From: Podarcis liolepis
Taxonomy: Eukaryota
Assembly (NCBI GenBank): GCA_965112155.1
Contig: OZ218103.1
Strand: one strand, 5' to 3'
DNA: 64,000 nt
Shown here: piece after piece, positions 39,271 to 51,506 of the stretch
How the letters are laid out: each line of letters begins with the position of its first letter
Position numbering within the stretch: position 1 is the first letter of the stretch
Notes under the pieces: generated by a model
What the model saw: the letters and a program-made list of their open reading frames with translations, nothing else
Databases searched by the model: none
Told to the model about the DNA's origin: nothing
Translations under genes and position numbers: made by a program

Positions 39271-39472
39271 CAGTGGTTACAGACTCTGCTAACCCGGAAG
39301 TAGTACCCCGGGTTAAGAACTTTGCCCCAGGATGAGAACAGAAATCGTGCACTGGCAGCACAGCGGCAGGGGAAGGCCCCATTAGCTAAAGTGGTACCTC
39401 AGGTTAAGAACGGTTTCAGGTTAAGAAAAAGACCTCAAGAACGAATTAAGTTCGTAACCAGAGGTACCACTG
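39271..39472. mobile_element. Tigger/pogo-like MITE (inverted copy of the 16262 family, left TIR partly deleted)
   Basis: TA|CAGTGGT..TAACCAGAGGTACCACTG|TA; the interior is the reverse complement of 16262-16502. Confidence 0.88.
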
Positions 39473-40256
39473 TATTTGTTTTCTGTTTAATATATTACTG
39501 TAACTCACAGAGGGATAAAAATGTATTGGAAGGTAAATATTCCCAGCCTTGCTGTGACTTTTGATTTTTGGGAGAAACAATCACCAAGACCAAAAAGAAC
39601 CCGGAAAAAGAAGTATGCCAGTTTACAGAAAAAGATGTCTATGTGTGACACTCTTATCATTTTACAAATGATAATGGAGACACTTACAGTCACTTTGTAT
39701 ACCACTTTCCATATAAACATAACTTTTTTTGAAGTGCACCGTCCATAAAATTGAAATACTTCTGTATTTGTACCACTCATATCCCACCCAAGAAGCACTG
39801 TTATCACCACCACCCACTTAAGGAAAGCTAAAGCTGATTTCTGCTTGCTGCATCGTGGTGTGTTCATTTATTCTGCAACCACCTGTCTTGAACCTGCTTC
39901 TGAAACAATATAAGTTAGTAAATATTTAGTAAATGTCCCAACAGATTTAAGTGCTAGAAACAGAAGGGTTGTGTTTCTGGTGCTGAAACCTAAAAACGAC
40001 AATTCCAGACTATGTAGTAAGGTTATGTGACAGTAAGGGAAGTGGTTTATCAGAAATAGGTACATGAAAATTTTGGATTTGCTTCGAAGGGAAGTCTAAA
40101 AACTACCCGCATGAAATCATGTCGAAACACGTTACAGCTGCTGCTTCTACTACCTTTAACATACAGCATTTAACAGCACTGATCGAGAAGCCATTTCCCA
40201 AGCATAGCTACCCTGCTTCGCTTTCAATATCTCAGTTCTTTCTCTCCAGACATTTG

Positions 40257-40344
40257 CATAGCTGTCAACTTTTCCCTTTTTTAAGGGAAATTCCCTTATT
40301 CCGAATAGGATTCCTCGCAGAAAAGGGAAAAGTTGACAGCTATG
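40257..40344. mobile_element. 88-bp hAT-type MITE, copy 1
   Basis: TIR CATAGCTGTCAACTTTTCCCTTTT / AAAAGGGAAAAGTTGACAGCTATG; 8-bp TSD GACATTTG / GATATTTG. Confidence 0.9.
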
Positions 40345-40440
40345 GATATTTGTAATCTGGAGAGAAAAGGCGGCTCAGTAGATGCCTTTCCCCCCACAAG
40401 CCCTGCGGCTACAACACGCCTCTCGATTTCCCTTCCAGGC

Positions 40441-40564
40441 CAGGAAGGTGAACCGGGTGCTCTCCAGATCTTGTTGGATTACAACTCCCATCAGCCTCAG
40501 CCAGGATAACCTGGTTGTAGCCGGATTTCAACAACATCTGGAGGCACGCAGGTTCCCATACCTG
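40441..40564. mobile_element. Short palindromic hAT-derived MITE common in this window
   Basis: CAGG..CTCCAGATCTTGTTGGATTACAACTCCCATCAGCC..CAACAACATCTGGAGG..GGTTCCCATACCTG. Degenerate relatives occur near 19490-19598, 20510-20600, 24810-24940, 42255-42330, 43145-43570, 53345-53430 and 61655-61765. Confidence 0.7.
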
Positions 40565-41210
40565 CCCTAGAATAACATGCGTTACGCCAGCACCGTTTCC
40601 TCCTCCGCTGCCGCCCTCCTCCCGGAACTCTTCGCGCACGCTGCTTCGTTTCGAGCCGGTGTTCTTTATTCGACGGACTGGGATTCGTAGCTGCCCTGGC
40701 GACTGCCTGCTCCTGACGCTACTCAAACCGTTTGCCCCGAGACGCTATTCGCCGCCGTCCCGAAGCGATGAAGGCGAGCGTCGAGGCCCGGAGTTCGGCG
40801 TGACTCGGAAGCCGGACCGGAGCCCTGCGAAACGAGTGGGCTGCGGTTGTGTCAGGCTGAGCCTTAAGCCGGGCCCCTTGGCTGGGTGTGCGCGAGGACC
40901 CCTGGGTCCTTGGTTCCGGAGCGGGATCGGACGGAGCGAGAAAGTGGCCAAGATGAATCTGGAACTGCTGGGTGCGTGGCTTTTTAAATGGTCGTGTCGA
41001 GCCCTCCTTGGTGCTTCGCTTTGGTGGGGCGGGAGGGGCCGGAGCGGGCGGCTGGGCTGCGCGAGGGGGCCGGGGCGCCTGGGACGTGGAATGCAGCGAA
41101 GTGCCGGGGCACCCGACCCGGACCAGGGGCCGGAGAAGCACTTGGGCTGGGGCGGCTCCTGGGAGAAGGTCCCCCTCCTCGCGCCGCTTGCACAAAACGC
41201 GGCTTCATAA
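40565..41210 (+). promoter_or_regulatory. RBBP5: CpG island / RBBP5 promoter, exon 1 and start of intron 1
   Basis: The only extended CpG-dense, GC-rich non-repeat segment in the window. Contains the RBBP5 ATG, ETS-like CGGAAG/TTCCGG motifs and GC boxes (GGGGCGGG); no evident TATA box. Confidence 0.88.
40953..40971 (+). CDS. RBBP5: RBBP5 exon 1 (start codon)
   Basis: gccaagATGAATCTGGAACTGCTGG|gtgcgt = MNLELL(E), the RBBP5 N-terminus, inside the CpG island. Confidence 0.93.
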
Positions 41211-43187
41211 TTCTTGGCAGGGCGAGAGTGAAACCCACTGACACCTCTTTTAAGTTCATCATTAAGCTAACAAGTCTGGGGATGCAGCCCTGGGGGCTGG
41301 TTTAATGGCATGTAAATTCGTGGTCGCCCACCTTCGCTGCTCTCCACTCCCTCCTCCTCCTCCTCCTCCTCGACTGGCAGAAACTGCTACCCTGAAGTCA
41401 TGGCGGTGCTTGATTTCCCATGGCAGGTTTCTTTCCTCCTGCCTGCCCTGTTGCTAGGCCAAACAAGCTGACAGTCCCGTTGCCATGGCAGCCATGCCAG
41501 TTTTGACCACTCGGTTTCTAGTGTCTTGGGACCAAAGAAGTTTCTTCAGGCTGCAGTATTTGTTCACACAGCCATGAGTCAGCCCCGCTGAACGTAGTGG
41601 CCGTTACTTCTAAGCAAGCATGTGTAGGATCGCACCGTTTGTGCTGCCCAGCGTTTGGTTATGCGTCAAGGGTACACCCTAGGGATCACACATTTTTAAA
41701 GTGCAAGATAAGCGTTGCTCGTTCAGTGTACTGAAACATTGTGATACCCCACATTCTCCCTGGAAGATCTGGTTCACTTTAACCCGTTTGCCATTCTGCT
41801 CAAAGGTTTCTCAGAATTTGATCAAAGCTTTTCCTAGGCATATTTACAGTCCAATCCTAACCAATCTCACTGATTTCTAAACCTCTTTTCAGTTGGTGTA
41901 TTCTCAGTAGGGAAGGGGAATAATTTAGGTTCTTTAGCTTTTGATTTAAGACCTAGGAAGGATCAAACTGACACCGTGCTACTGCCTGCTCCAAAGGAAA
42001 GAGGAAAGATCCACATGCAAAGTGCCCACATACGAAGGATGAATTTGCAAAATTATTGTATCTTAAGCAGAAACCATTGACATTTTGGAAAGGTATTTGC
42101 AGGGCAACTGCCTCTTGATGTTTATGCAAGTGGTCTGTGACACATGCTACATGGGAAGACAAAACCAGAAAAAGCAGACTACTTGACAAAGTGGGGAATC
42201 ATTGCATTAAGTGCTAGTTCAGGTCTGGGAAGCCTTTTGGGCTCATCTCTGCCTATTGGCCATACTTATTGGGGATTATGGGAATTGTAGTTCAGCAACA
42301 TGTGGTGGGACCAAAGGTTCCCCACACCTGTCCTAGCTGACCAGCTCCTGAATAGGAGAAAAACTGAAGAGTCAAAGTGGATGTGACATTAAATGCATTT
42401 TTAAAATGCAAATAGCATCAGCTGGTGGGGCATGAGGGCAACCATGGAGAGGAATTTTAACCCTTTCCCCACCTTTTATTGTCCTGAGGATAATTCCGCC
42501 TCTAAAACCAGTATCTACATTGGGAAGAAATCCCCCATTTGCATCCCACGAATGGTAAGCTCACCCTCAGTTGATGTTATTTGCGTTTTAAGAATTCTGC
42601 AAAGTGCAAAGATGCATTTTAACGTATGTAGCTTGACCCTCAGTCTTGGGGTGTTGTTGTTTTTTTAAAAAAATAATGTTATTAAATTTATTATCTTCCA
42701 TTCATTTTCAACACATTTAGATGGATCATAATTAATGCAATAAAATAACATTAATTATAAAGCACCATAAAATATAGGTTGACACAAGTAGCCTAAAAAC
42801 AATGTGAGCACCCCAGATTAAAAGCCCCTACAGGCATGGCTTTACATATTTTTCTTCTACCTTCCTCACTTCCCATATAAGTAGGATTAGAAGCAGAGCC
42901 CTTTCTTTCTGAAGATTATTACATCAAGGTAATACTGAGGTTATTCTTGCAGAGAGTTGTGATAATTTTGTAATGCTTGGCATTTGAATGTTTACATCGA
43001 ATGTCATGCACTTACATTCTGCTCTATATTCTTATTTTATTGCTGCCTAAATAGCTGATTTGCACCCACCTTGCCAAGTTAAGAATATTTTAGTTATCTG
43101 TGCTTTGTTGCTAGAACTACCTCCACTCACCACTGATTCATAACCGTGGTGGGGAACCTGTGGCCCTCCTGATATTATTGGACTATA

Positions 43188-43497
43188 CAGTGGTGCCTCG
43201 CAAGACAGAAAACCCGGTAGACGAAAGGGTTTTCCGTTTTGGAGGTGCTTCGCAAAACGAATTTCCTATGGGCTTGCTTCGCAAGACGACAATGCCTTGC
43301 GAGTTCCTGCAGTTTTTCCCCCCTCCCCCCCTTTTTCTAAGCCGCTAAGCCGCTTATCAGCTGATCCGATCAGCAGATAAGCCGCTAAAAGCTGCTAATA
43401 GCGCTAATCCGTCAATGGGCTTGCTTCGCAAGACGAAAAAACCGCTAGACGAAGAGAATCACAGAACGGATTCTTTTCGTCTTGCGAGGCACCACTG
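43188..43497. mobile_element. Tigger/pogo-like MITE nested in an older hAT MITE
   Basis: TA|CAGTGGTGCCTCGCAAGAC ... GTCTTGCGAGGCACCACTG|TA, 19-bp perfect TIR, CpG-rich. The flanks GGGGAACCTGTGGCCCTCC..TTGGAC and ..GCTGGCTGGAGCTGATGAGAGTT are the two halves of the host element. Confidence 0.92.
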
Positions 43498-43696
43498 TAT
43501 AACTGTTCTCATCCTAGATCATTTGGTGTGCTGGCTGGAGCTGATGAGAGTTAAGGGCCAATGCCTGGCATTTGGGATCAAATTTCTCATTATAAGCAGC
43601 ATACTTTCATTTTTTAAAAAATTGAAGTATTGTATAACACAAAGAATGTGGTACTGTCTAACTTATTTCATGCTTTATACTTCTGTTTTATTTCAG

Positions 43697-43722
43697 AATC
43701 ATTTGGACAGAACTATCCAGAG
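43697..43722 (+). CDS. RBBP5: RBBP5 exon 2
   Basis: tttcag|AA..GAG|gtaaat, 26 nt; (E)SFGQNYPE. Confidence 0.93.
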
Positions 43723-44066
43723 GTAAATGTCTCCCTCACTCAAAGTTGGCACATTCTATTTTAATGTTGTTTGGCTTGTGACTTGGTTTTATTATGTTTG
43801 AAGACGGGAAGCAGATGTTTGTTGAACTGCAATGTGGATATTTGTTGTAAAAGTGCATCAGGAAAACATGTCTATCTGAAAACCAGCATCCCTTAAACTT
43901 CTGATTTTTAATCTCATGCATACTTTCCCTTCAGTGTCTAGGTGATCTCTCAAATAGCAGTGGCCTTACTTTGCCTGAGACATTTCAAAGGTGTGAAGCA
44001 TACTGGCTATATAGCTTTGAAATGAAATTGGTTGACATTGATTTTTATACCTTTCATTGTTTTCAG

Positions 44067-44239
44067 GAAGCTGATGGCACACTGGACTGCATTAGTATGG
44101 CCCTTACTTGTACTTTTAACAGGTGGGGCACACTTCTAGCAGTAGGTTGTAATGATGGTCGGATTGTCATTTGGGACTTCTTGACAAGAGGCATAGCAAA
44201 AATCATAAGTGCTCACATCCACCCCGTCTGTTCTTTATG
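44067..44239 (+). CDS. RBBP5: RBBP5 exon 3 (WD40)
   Basis: tttcag|GAA..TG|gtaaga, 173 nt; EADGTLDCISMALTCTFNRWGTLLAVGCNDGRIVIWDFLTRGIAKIISAHIHPVCSL. Confidence 0.97.
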
Positions 44240-45350
44240 GTAAGAAATTTATTTCAATATGAGTTAAATATGATTTATCAATAGCATACTCTCAGCTTAA
44301 GTAAAAACCACAGTGTGCATGTCATGTGTTCAGTATATCATTTTCACAAGTTGAAAGTTACAAAGCTTGAACTCTGCATGAAGTTTATACTCCAAGAGCT
44401 AAAAAGAAAAGTTGGTTTTTAAAGTCATCTCTTTGATAGTGAAAGCTGCTGCAGGGGGAAAAATCAACGAAAGATCCAGCTACACAGAAGATTCATGCCC
44501 CCCTCCCCACATGCATTCAGTATCTTTGGATCACAGCTACAGACTTGAGAATCCGATTGCCTCTTAGATTCTTGCAAGGGGCTTATGCTCGCCCGGTGGA
44601 TCTTTTGATCTTTTCTTTGAATTGATGAGCTTCATTCTGTATCATAGACTACTTTTGAAACGCCCTTCAGTTTCAAAATCAGTTTACTTGCAACATGGGA
44701 TGCTGCTATCAAAGAAAAACAGGTCTAAATCCCTTTGAGTTCATGAAATTATCCTTTCTTTTGATCCTGGCTGCTTTGCATCCACCTGCTGGGAAAATGC
44801 GGAGTATAAGCTTAAAATAAATAAATAACTTCCCTTTCCCAGCACGGATAATTTGAACTTCTAGAAATATTTTGCTTGTTACTTTTTATTGGATACTTCA
44901 GGACCTCATTGTTGGATTTTTTAATAACATACAGTAGAAAAAACAAACCCCAGTGTTTTGCTGTATCAAGTGTTTCTGGGTTTTGTAGGCTTTTTAGTGC
45001 AAAAGCCATAAAGTATTTTTTATTACAAATGCTTTGTATCAAGATATTTTACAATCACCATTCAGCTCTGCTATAAATGCATTGGTATCTGAGTAAATTT
45101 AGCTTGAGTTGCAGTATAGAGCACTATTCACTTCAGCGTGGTTAAAATAATAGTCCCAAAACCAGATAATCTAACTGATCAGTTCTGTATACTGGCACCC
45201 CAGTTTAAATACATTTACTTGGATGTTCCTTTGATAGAACGCTCTTTCGATTTGAAAGCATATTATGAGCCAGTAGCTCTGACCATTTTAAGTAATATTT
45301 GTGGGGATAGCAACAAAACAAAGGTTGCAGTCTTGAACTTTCTCTTCCAG

Positions 45351-45491
45351 TTGGAGTCGAGATGGCCACAAATTGGTGAGTGCATCAACTGATAATATGG
45401 TATCTCAGTGGGATGTTCTGACTGGTGATTGTGACCAGAGGTTTCGTTTCCCTTCTCCGATCCTGAAAGTCCAGTACCATCCCCGCGATCA
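45351..45491 (+). CDS. RBBP5: RBBP5 exon 4
   Basis: ttccag|T..CA|gtaagt, 141 nt; WSRDGHKLVSASTDNMVSQWDVLTGDCDQRFRFPSPILKVQYHPRD. Confidence 0.96.
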
Positions 45492-46537
45492 GTAAGTAAT
45501 ACTAACAAAGACCTTTCCCTAGAGCAGTCTTGGAAAACTGAATGGTTTCTTGCCTACCGTATTCTAATCAAGATTATATGTCATCATTCAGCACAGTTCT
45601 TTACTGTGGGCCATATTCGACAAAATATGGGAGCCCGTGCAACAAGTCCCACTAGCGCAACAGGGGTCCTACCTCCTACAACACAGCCCTCAAATCAGTT
45701 CAGGGGGGAGCAGTTGGGAGAACCCCCATAACAGCGTGCAGGGGGAGGAGACGAGGGGTCCTTAGGTCTGGCAATCAGAAATGCTTGTGCTGATCATCAT
45801 CCCAGCGTGGTGCTGAATTCCTCCACTACGAGAGATTATCTGAAGCTTTGTTCTTGGAAGTCATCAATATGCTGGTGATAGTTCAATAGCAGTCTTCAGA
45901 AGTGGCCCCTCCATGCAAATAGCCAATGCATGAAGAGGGGTACTGGGATCCTGCCGTGCAGTCTGAGACGATTGACTGCTCACTTCCTACTCCCACCTCC
46001 TGACATCTGGCATTGAGGGGGTCTTTGCACAGATAGTTGTACATGCAGAGACTCTTAATCCTAGTGGGTGGCCATCTTTATGGCCCAATTCAATATGCTG
46101 CTACTTGTTTTAAAGCATGACTGCCATGTGATTGAAGAATAGTAGCCAAGTAATAGATTAAATCTGCATTAATTTGCATTTGTGGAAAACCACCGTAATT
46201 CTAAAGAAAAAGATGCAGACACCTCATGCAAGAAAGGGCTCTGCCAGGCTTCTGCTTTCTATCTGCAGTGTCTTGTCTGCATCCCTAAGCCTTTTGCCTG
46301 GAGGGCTTTCCCTGCCTTGATCCCATCCCCTTCATCTCTGTGTTCTCTCTTTTTTCTTGTCCTCGCTGATCTCTAGCTCTGCAGCCTCTGCTTTCAGGCA
46401 TACACAAAGTTCCTGCATCCTTAGAAACCTCCTTTTAGCCCACCCCTTTTCCCCCTGTTCCAAAAGAGACACCAGGTAAGAAAATAGAAAATTTGAGAAT
46501 TTCTTTTTTTGTTTCTTCTTGGTTTCTATTTGTTTAG

Positions 46538-46700
46538 AAACAGGGTGTTGGTATGTCCAATGAAGTCTGCACCTGTCATGCTAACATTGTCTGATTCAAA
46601 ACATGTTGTCCTACCAGTGGATGATGATTCTGATCTGAATGTGGTGGCTTCTTTTGACCGGCGAGGGGAATATATCTACACGGGGAATGCTAAAGGGAAG
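46538..46700 (+). CDS. RBBP5: RBBP5 exon 5
   Basis: tttag|A..AAG|gtgaga, 163 nt; NRVLVCPMKSAPVMLTLSDSKHVVLPVDDDSDLNVVASFDRRGEYIYTGNAKGK. Confidence 0.96.
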
Positions 46701-46818
46701 GTGAGAACTCACTGAACTAATATTTGGTGGTTAGCGGGTTCAGTTATCTGATTTGTATGACTCGCCGTAGAAGTGTTGTAAATAGAAGAAATGTGCTTCA
46801 CTTTATTGCTGTCTTGGT

Positions 46819-46820
<2 letters not shown>

Positions 46821-46860
<40 letters not shown>

Positions 46861-46877
46861 CCTCCCTCCCTCCCTCT
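46821..46877. repeat. (TC)n/(CCCT)n microsatellite
   Basis: About 18 TC units followed by CCCT units. Confidence 0.95.
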
Positions 46878-47095
46878 CAGCTCAAAATCTTCCAGGAATA
46901 TCATGATTCTAAGCAAAATTTATTTTGGCTTTGATGAAGCAGCTGGGTACACATTATCTAAAATAGACTATGCAGAAAAAATTATCTTATTCAGAAATGA
47001 AAGGTTGCTAACGTGAGGGTTACAGACAACTGCACCGTAGGGCCTTGACTATAGTTTGTGTATGCCACATTCAACCCATTGATGGATGTGAGAAG

Positions 47096-47098
<3 letters not shown>

Positions 47099-47126
<28 letters not shown>
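47099..47126. repeat. (AC)14 microsatellite
   Basis: Perfect AC run. Confidence 0.95.
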
Positions 47127-47774
47127 CTTGGCACCCTTTTGTACATCACCATTGCTTGATCTACATTATTGACATTCTTCCCTACCAGTTCTAGCTGTGT
47201 ATGCAGTTGGTGGCTTCTTTACATTTCTAATGAAAGCTTATATTTTTTAATGAAGAATTCAGCTTAGGTGCTCTGACATACCTGCTGTGAACTGAATCAG
47301 ATACTAACTCTGTGTAACTTCATAACATTCCCTATTTAAATAAACAGCCCAAATGCTTTGAAATTCCCCACCCTGCACCCGTCTGGGTCCAAGAAACCTT
47401 CAGAATTTAACAATGTCGTCACGGGACTTTTTCTTTTGGACAGATCCCATTTTAGAGAATGAATTGCATGCAGTTGCCGCACAGAGATTGTCTACTCTGA
47501 TTCCATACCTGCTCCATTGGATTTCACTGTCTTAAATTGATGGTGTTGCTGGTGTTGAACTTGCCACTAACCTCTCCTTTTTATTGATGAGAGAGGAAGA
47601 CATGGTTCCTTGCTTAGTTGTCTCATAAATCACTGACAGGACTGACTTTTAATAGCACACTTTGATGTCTGTGCAGACTTTTATTGCCTTTCCTTATGAA
47701 CTCTAAACAAGAAGTGTATGTGGTGAAAAGGTCACAGTAAAAGTTACCTGATTTATTTTTACTTACGTTGTTAG

Positions 47775-47884
47775 ATCTTGGTCTTAAAGACAGACACTCA
47801 GGACCTTGTTGCTTCCTTCAGAGTAACTACAGGAACCAGCAATACTACAGCTATTAAATCTATAGAGTTTGCTCGAAAAGGAAG
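47775..47884 (+). CDS. RBBP5: RBBP5 exon 6
   Basis: gttag|ATC..AG|gtgagt, 110 nt; ILVLKTDTQDLVASFRVTTGTSNTTAIKSIEFARKG. Confidence 0.96.
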
Positions 47885-48311
47885 GTGAGTTGAAGACTTT
47901 GTTCACAGTTTCATACATGGAGAGCTGCTGTTCAAATAACATTGTCCTTGGGAAGGCCTAAAGGAGGTATTTGGTTGTACCTTTGGTCTTAGTTTGTACT
48001 TGATTAACTTGCCAGTGCTTGTAGGGGTAAGAGTTTCATTACTTTTTAGTCTGACTGGTGATTTAGTTTTAATTATTTTATAGTGATATTGCTATATTGG
48101 ATGCTTTTAATTAACTCTTATTGTATATCACCTAGAGGCTTGGGTGGAAGTGTAACAAATAAATTCAACAAAGTATTAATAATAATACTAGGATCCTCGT
48201 CTATGGGTTTATCCTATTTCTTATATAACCTCCTGGAGCACAGTGGCTCAGCAGTATATTTGGAATGAATGGTATCATTACAGCATTTTGTATCTCTTTC
48301 CCCTCCCTCAG

Positions 48312-48431
48312 TTGCTTTCTAATAAATACTGCTGATCGCATAATCAGAGTCTATGACGGTCGGGAAATCTTGACTTGTGGTAGAGATGGAGAACCAGAGC
48401 CAATGCAAAAGCTGCAGGACTTGGTGAACAG
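48312..48431 (+). CDS. RBBP5: RBBP5 exon 7
   Basis: ctcag|T..AG|gtagga, 120 nt; CFLINTADRIIRVYDGREILTCGRDGEPEPMQKLQDLVN. Confidence 0.96.
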
Positions 48432-49855
48432 GTAGGAATTATCTGTCTTGAGTCAAGGGCATGTGCTTTTCAGTATTCAAAGGCCCCACTGCTAGTTTGT
48501 CCTCTGGCATAACTTCATTTCTCGAAGCTTGGAAAACAAGCATTCTACCCCCTAAAGACCTTGAGTGTTGTTGTTCCAAAGGAACTAGATCCAGATTGCC
48601 TGCTTCCTGGCTCCCAGAGCCCTTTCCTCTGCTGTAAAGCAGGGTACCCTTTCTACATTGTGCAGCGCTGTCCAAAATTACCTTTACCTTTTGAATATGG
48701 GGAGGGGGAATGAGTCTTCTGTAATCCAAAAAATAGGCTGTATTTTTTTTTACTTAAATTCAAAATACAATCTCTAACATAGCATCATGTAGTGTACAGA
48801 GAAGCCTGAGATTCATAGACAGGGCAGTGTTTGGATTAATTGTTGCCTTTACTACATTTATAAAACATCTTTCTGCCAGTGCACTCAAGGCAGTTAAAAG
48901 GTTTAAATCTTCATTATTGATATTATTTCTTCTAGTTGTTAAACACTTCATAAACAAGTTTTCTAGACAAGTTCGTTTAAAACATAACAATTATATTGCA
49001 AAACCTGCAATCAATCTTAAAATTCCAACCCAGGATTAAACCCAAATGCAAAAAGCCAACACAATAAAAGGCAACACAGATCACAGGAGCTTAAAACAGC
49101 CATCGGTTAGCAGATCTAAAACCACTAAGATGCACTACAGTTAAAGCCTTCAAATGCCCTGCAGAACAGAAAACTAATAGTCTGGGAAGAGGAAACTAAG
49201 ATAGTCATGGCCAGTCGTCTGAGGGTGGGGGCAACGGGGTGGGCATGTGACATTTGGGGGTGTTTTGCTATCTCACCTTTCCCTCTGATGCTGCTAGGTT
49301 GTTTGGCTGCTAATGAAGATAGAACTGGTTTTTGCTAGGCTGGTGGGGGCAGGGGCTCATCTTAATGCTCCCTTTGAAGCAGCCAGATGGAATGATGGGA
49401 GTTGTTGACAGTTCCTTGCTTAGCTGCCAGTGAGGTCCTTCTCACAGTTTTTAAGTCACTCCTCTGCACCAGCTACTGTCCTATTATTATATTTTTCTAT
49501 AAGTTCACATCAGTTCTGGTTGCTTACAAAAGCGACCGAACACAGCATCAAAGTCTGCAACAATGCAAAAGCAAGGCAAGTGAAGCAACTGCAATCTGCA
49601 TATAGTTTTTCAAGCTTTCTTATTTTCTTCTAGATTTGTTGGCTTGAGACTTAAGATCAAAGAAGTTATTCTGGGGGAACGTATCCTGACTTGACCGATT
49701 TGTATAACTTGCATTGCAGAATTTACTATTTGCAGTTTCAGAGAAGCCCACTTCCAGCTATGCATAATCATGTTTTGACAATTGCAATTCTTTTGAACCC
49801 TTGCTTCTCCCTAGTGTACACTTGAACAAGGTTCTGTTAATTGCTATTTCTGCAG

Positions 49856-50009
49856 GACGCCCTGGAAGAAATGCTGTTTCTCTGGCGATGGGGAGTACAT
49901 TGTTGCAGGGTCAGCACGTCAGCATGCTTTGTACATCTGGGAGAAGAGCATTGGGAACTTAGTGAAAATCCTCCATGGCACAAGGGGAGAGCTGTTGCTA
50001 GATGTGGCA
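49856..50009 (+). CDS. RBBP5: RBBP5 exon 8
   Basis: tgcag|G..GCA|gtaagt, 154 nt; TPWKKCCFSGDGEYIVAGSARQHALYIWEKSIGNLVKILHGTRGELLLDVA. Confidence 0.96.
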
Positions 50010-50111
50010 GTAAGTACTGCATTGTCTCCTTCTAACAGGATTCACGGCTTTGGGCCAGACTGTATTTTTAAAAATGTACCACTTTTCTTCCCTCTTTCTG
50101 GTATAATCTAG

Positions 50112-50183
50112 TGGCATCCTGTCCGACCTATCATCGCTTCTATTTCCAGTGGTGTAGTATCCATATGGGCTCAAAATCAAGTG
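50112..50183 (+). CDS. RBBP5: RBBP5 exon 9
   Basis: tctag|TGG..GTG|gtaagt, 72 nt; WHPVRPIIASISSGVVSIWAQNQV. Confidence 0.96.
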
Positions 50184-50626
50184 GTAAGTAGTACTGATGC
50201 ATTTTCTTCCATTTCTACACTTTAATTTCCCTGGATGACCCTTATTTCATTGGTCATTCTGGTTTTATTTTTTGCCATTATTTGCATAAGCTTTTACACT
50301 GCAGGACCAACATCTTTCTAAAAATACTCACCAGAGAGAATCAAATAATTTCAAAAAAACTGTTTGTAGCCAGAGGGTTGCAAGAATGATTTTCACTGAG
50401 GAGAGAAGAAAAATGGGAAGAGATGAAAGAGATCCTGATTTCATGTTACGTAAAACAAGTAACTAGCCCTCTTGTTTAGTAGGCCTTGTGACTCTGTATC
50501 TCAAAGAAGGACTGGTCCTATGATGGCGCACATGGTTTGTGGCACTTTGGTGCATAGCTCGGGTGTGATTATATAGCTCCTGTACCAGGGCACGAGCATA
50601 AAATGTTCTTTGGATTTGTGGCTTAG

Positions 50627-50744
50627 GAAAACTGGAGTGCCTTTGCACCTGATTTTAAGGAACTGGATGAAAATGTAGAATATGAAGAGCGAGAGTCTGA
50701 GTTTGACATAGAAGATGAAGATAAGAGCGAGCCAGAGCAGACAG
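50627..50744 (+). CDS. RBBP5: RBBP5 exon 10 (activation segment / ASH2L-binding D/E box)
   Basis: cttag|GAA..ACAG|gtaaag, 118 nt; [39 protein letters not shown]. Confidence 0.96.
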
Positions 50745-50837
50745 GTAAAGAATGCATTGACTGAAATTGCCCAGTGTAAAAGTATATGGACTGTGTATAG
50801 CTTTGCATCCTTATTTTGTAGTCAAAATAAAAAAAAT

Positions 50838-50918
50838 CCTTCCAGTAGCACCTTAAAGACCAACTAAGTTAGTTCTTGGTATGAGCTTTCGTGTGCATGC
50901 ACACTTCTTCAGATACAC
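50838..50918. mobile_element. Penelope-like retroelement terminal fragment
   Basis: TTCCAGTAGCACCTTAAAGACCAACTAAGTT..ATGAGCTTTCGTGTGCATGCACACTTCTTCAGATAC resembles, from memory, the abundant squamate Penelope-type terminal repeat. Decayed relatives near 6085-6122, 35268-35345 and 38012-38106. Confidence 0.6.
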
Positions 50919-51141
50919 TACCTGTACTACCTGTAACTTATTTTGTAGTATCAGCCCAGATTACCCCCTTCCTCTGCCCCCAGCAAGCAGTCTTCGCCTC
51001 TTGGTGCACATCAGGGTACAAGATAATACTGAGGTACAAAAAGCACCTCAGTATTATTCTCTGAAACGTCATCCCCTGTGTGTGAATGGCAAAGTAAAAA
51101 ACGCAATAATTAGTGATGCCCTTTCTGGCTCTGATGATATA

Positions 51142-51506
51142 CCATAATATAAGCCGCACTTTCCCCCCAAATTCCGACCATGAAAAGTTTAAATGTGGCT
51201 TATATTCGCAACCTTACGGTATGCAGCCAGGAGCAAGGGGCAAACAGTGCCAGGAGCGTGGCAAAGTGGCACCTGCCTCATGCATAATCCCACGTCCTCT
51301 AACCCAAAGCCGGAAAGGGAGAGAGCGATGAAGAGGAAAGGCCACAGGCAATGCAGTGCGGCTCCCTCCCTCCCGCCCAGTGTGCAGCCAGGAGCAGCGA
51401 GGAAGGGAGTGGCTTATATTCGGGTATTTTTTCTTTTTTTCTTCCCCCCTCCAATTTTAAAGGTGCAGCTTATATTCGGGTGTGGCTTATATTCAGGCCA
51501 ATACGG
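51142..51506. mobile_element. Tc2/pogo-like MITE (left TIR partly deleted)
   Basis: TA|CC..AATATAAGCCGCAC ... GTGTGGCTTATATTCAGGCCAATACGG|TA, with repeated GCTTATATTCG subterminal motifs. Confidence 0.8.

Noticed and set aside
40409-41305. Long ORFs on both strands (for example 40659-41210, 183 aa)
   Set aside because: CpG-island artefacts; only MNLELL (40953-40971) matches RBBP5, and it is followed by a splice donor.
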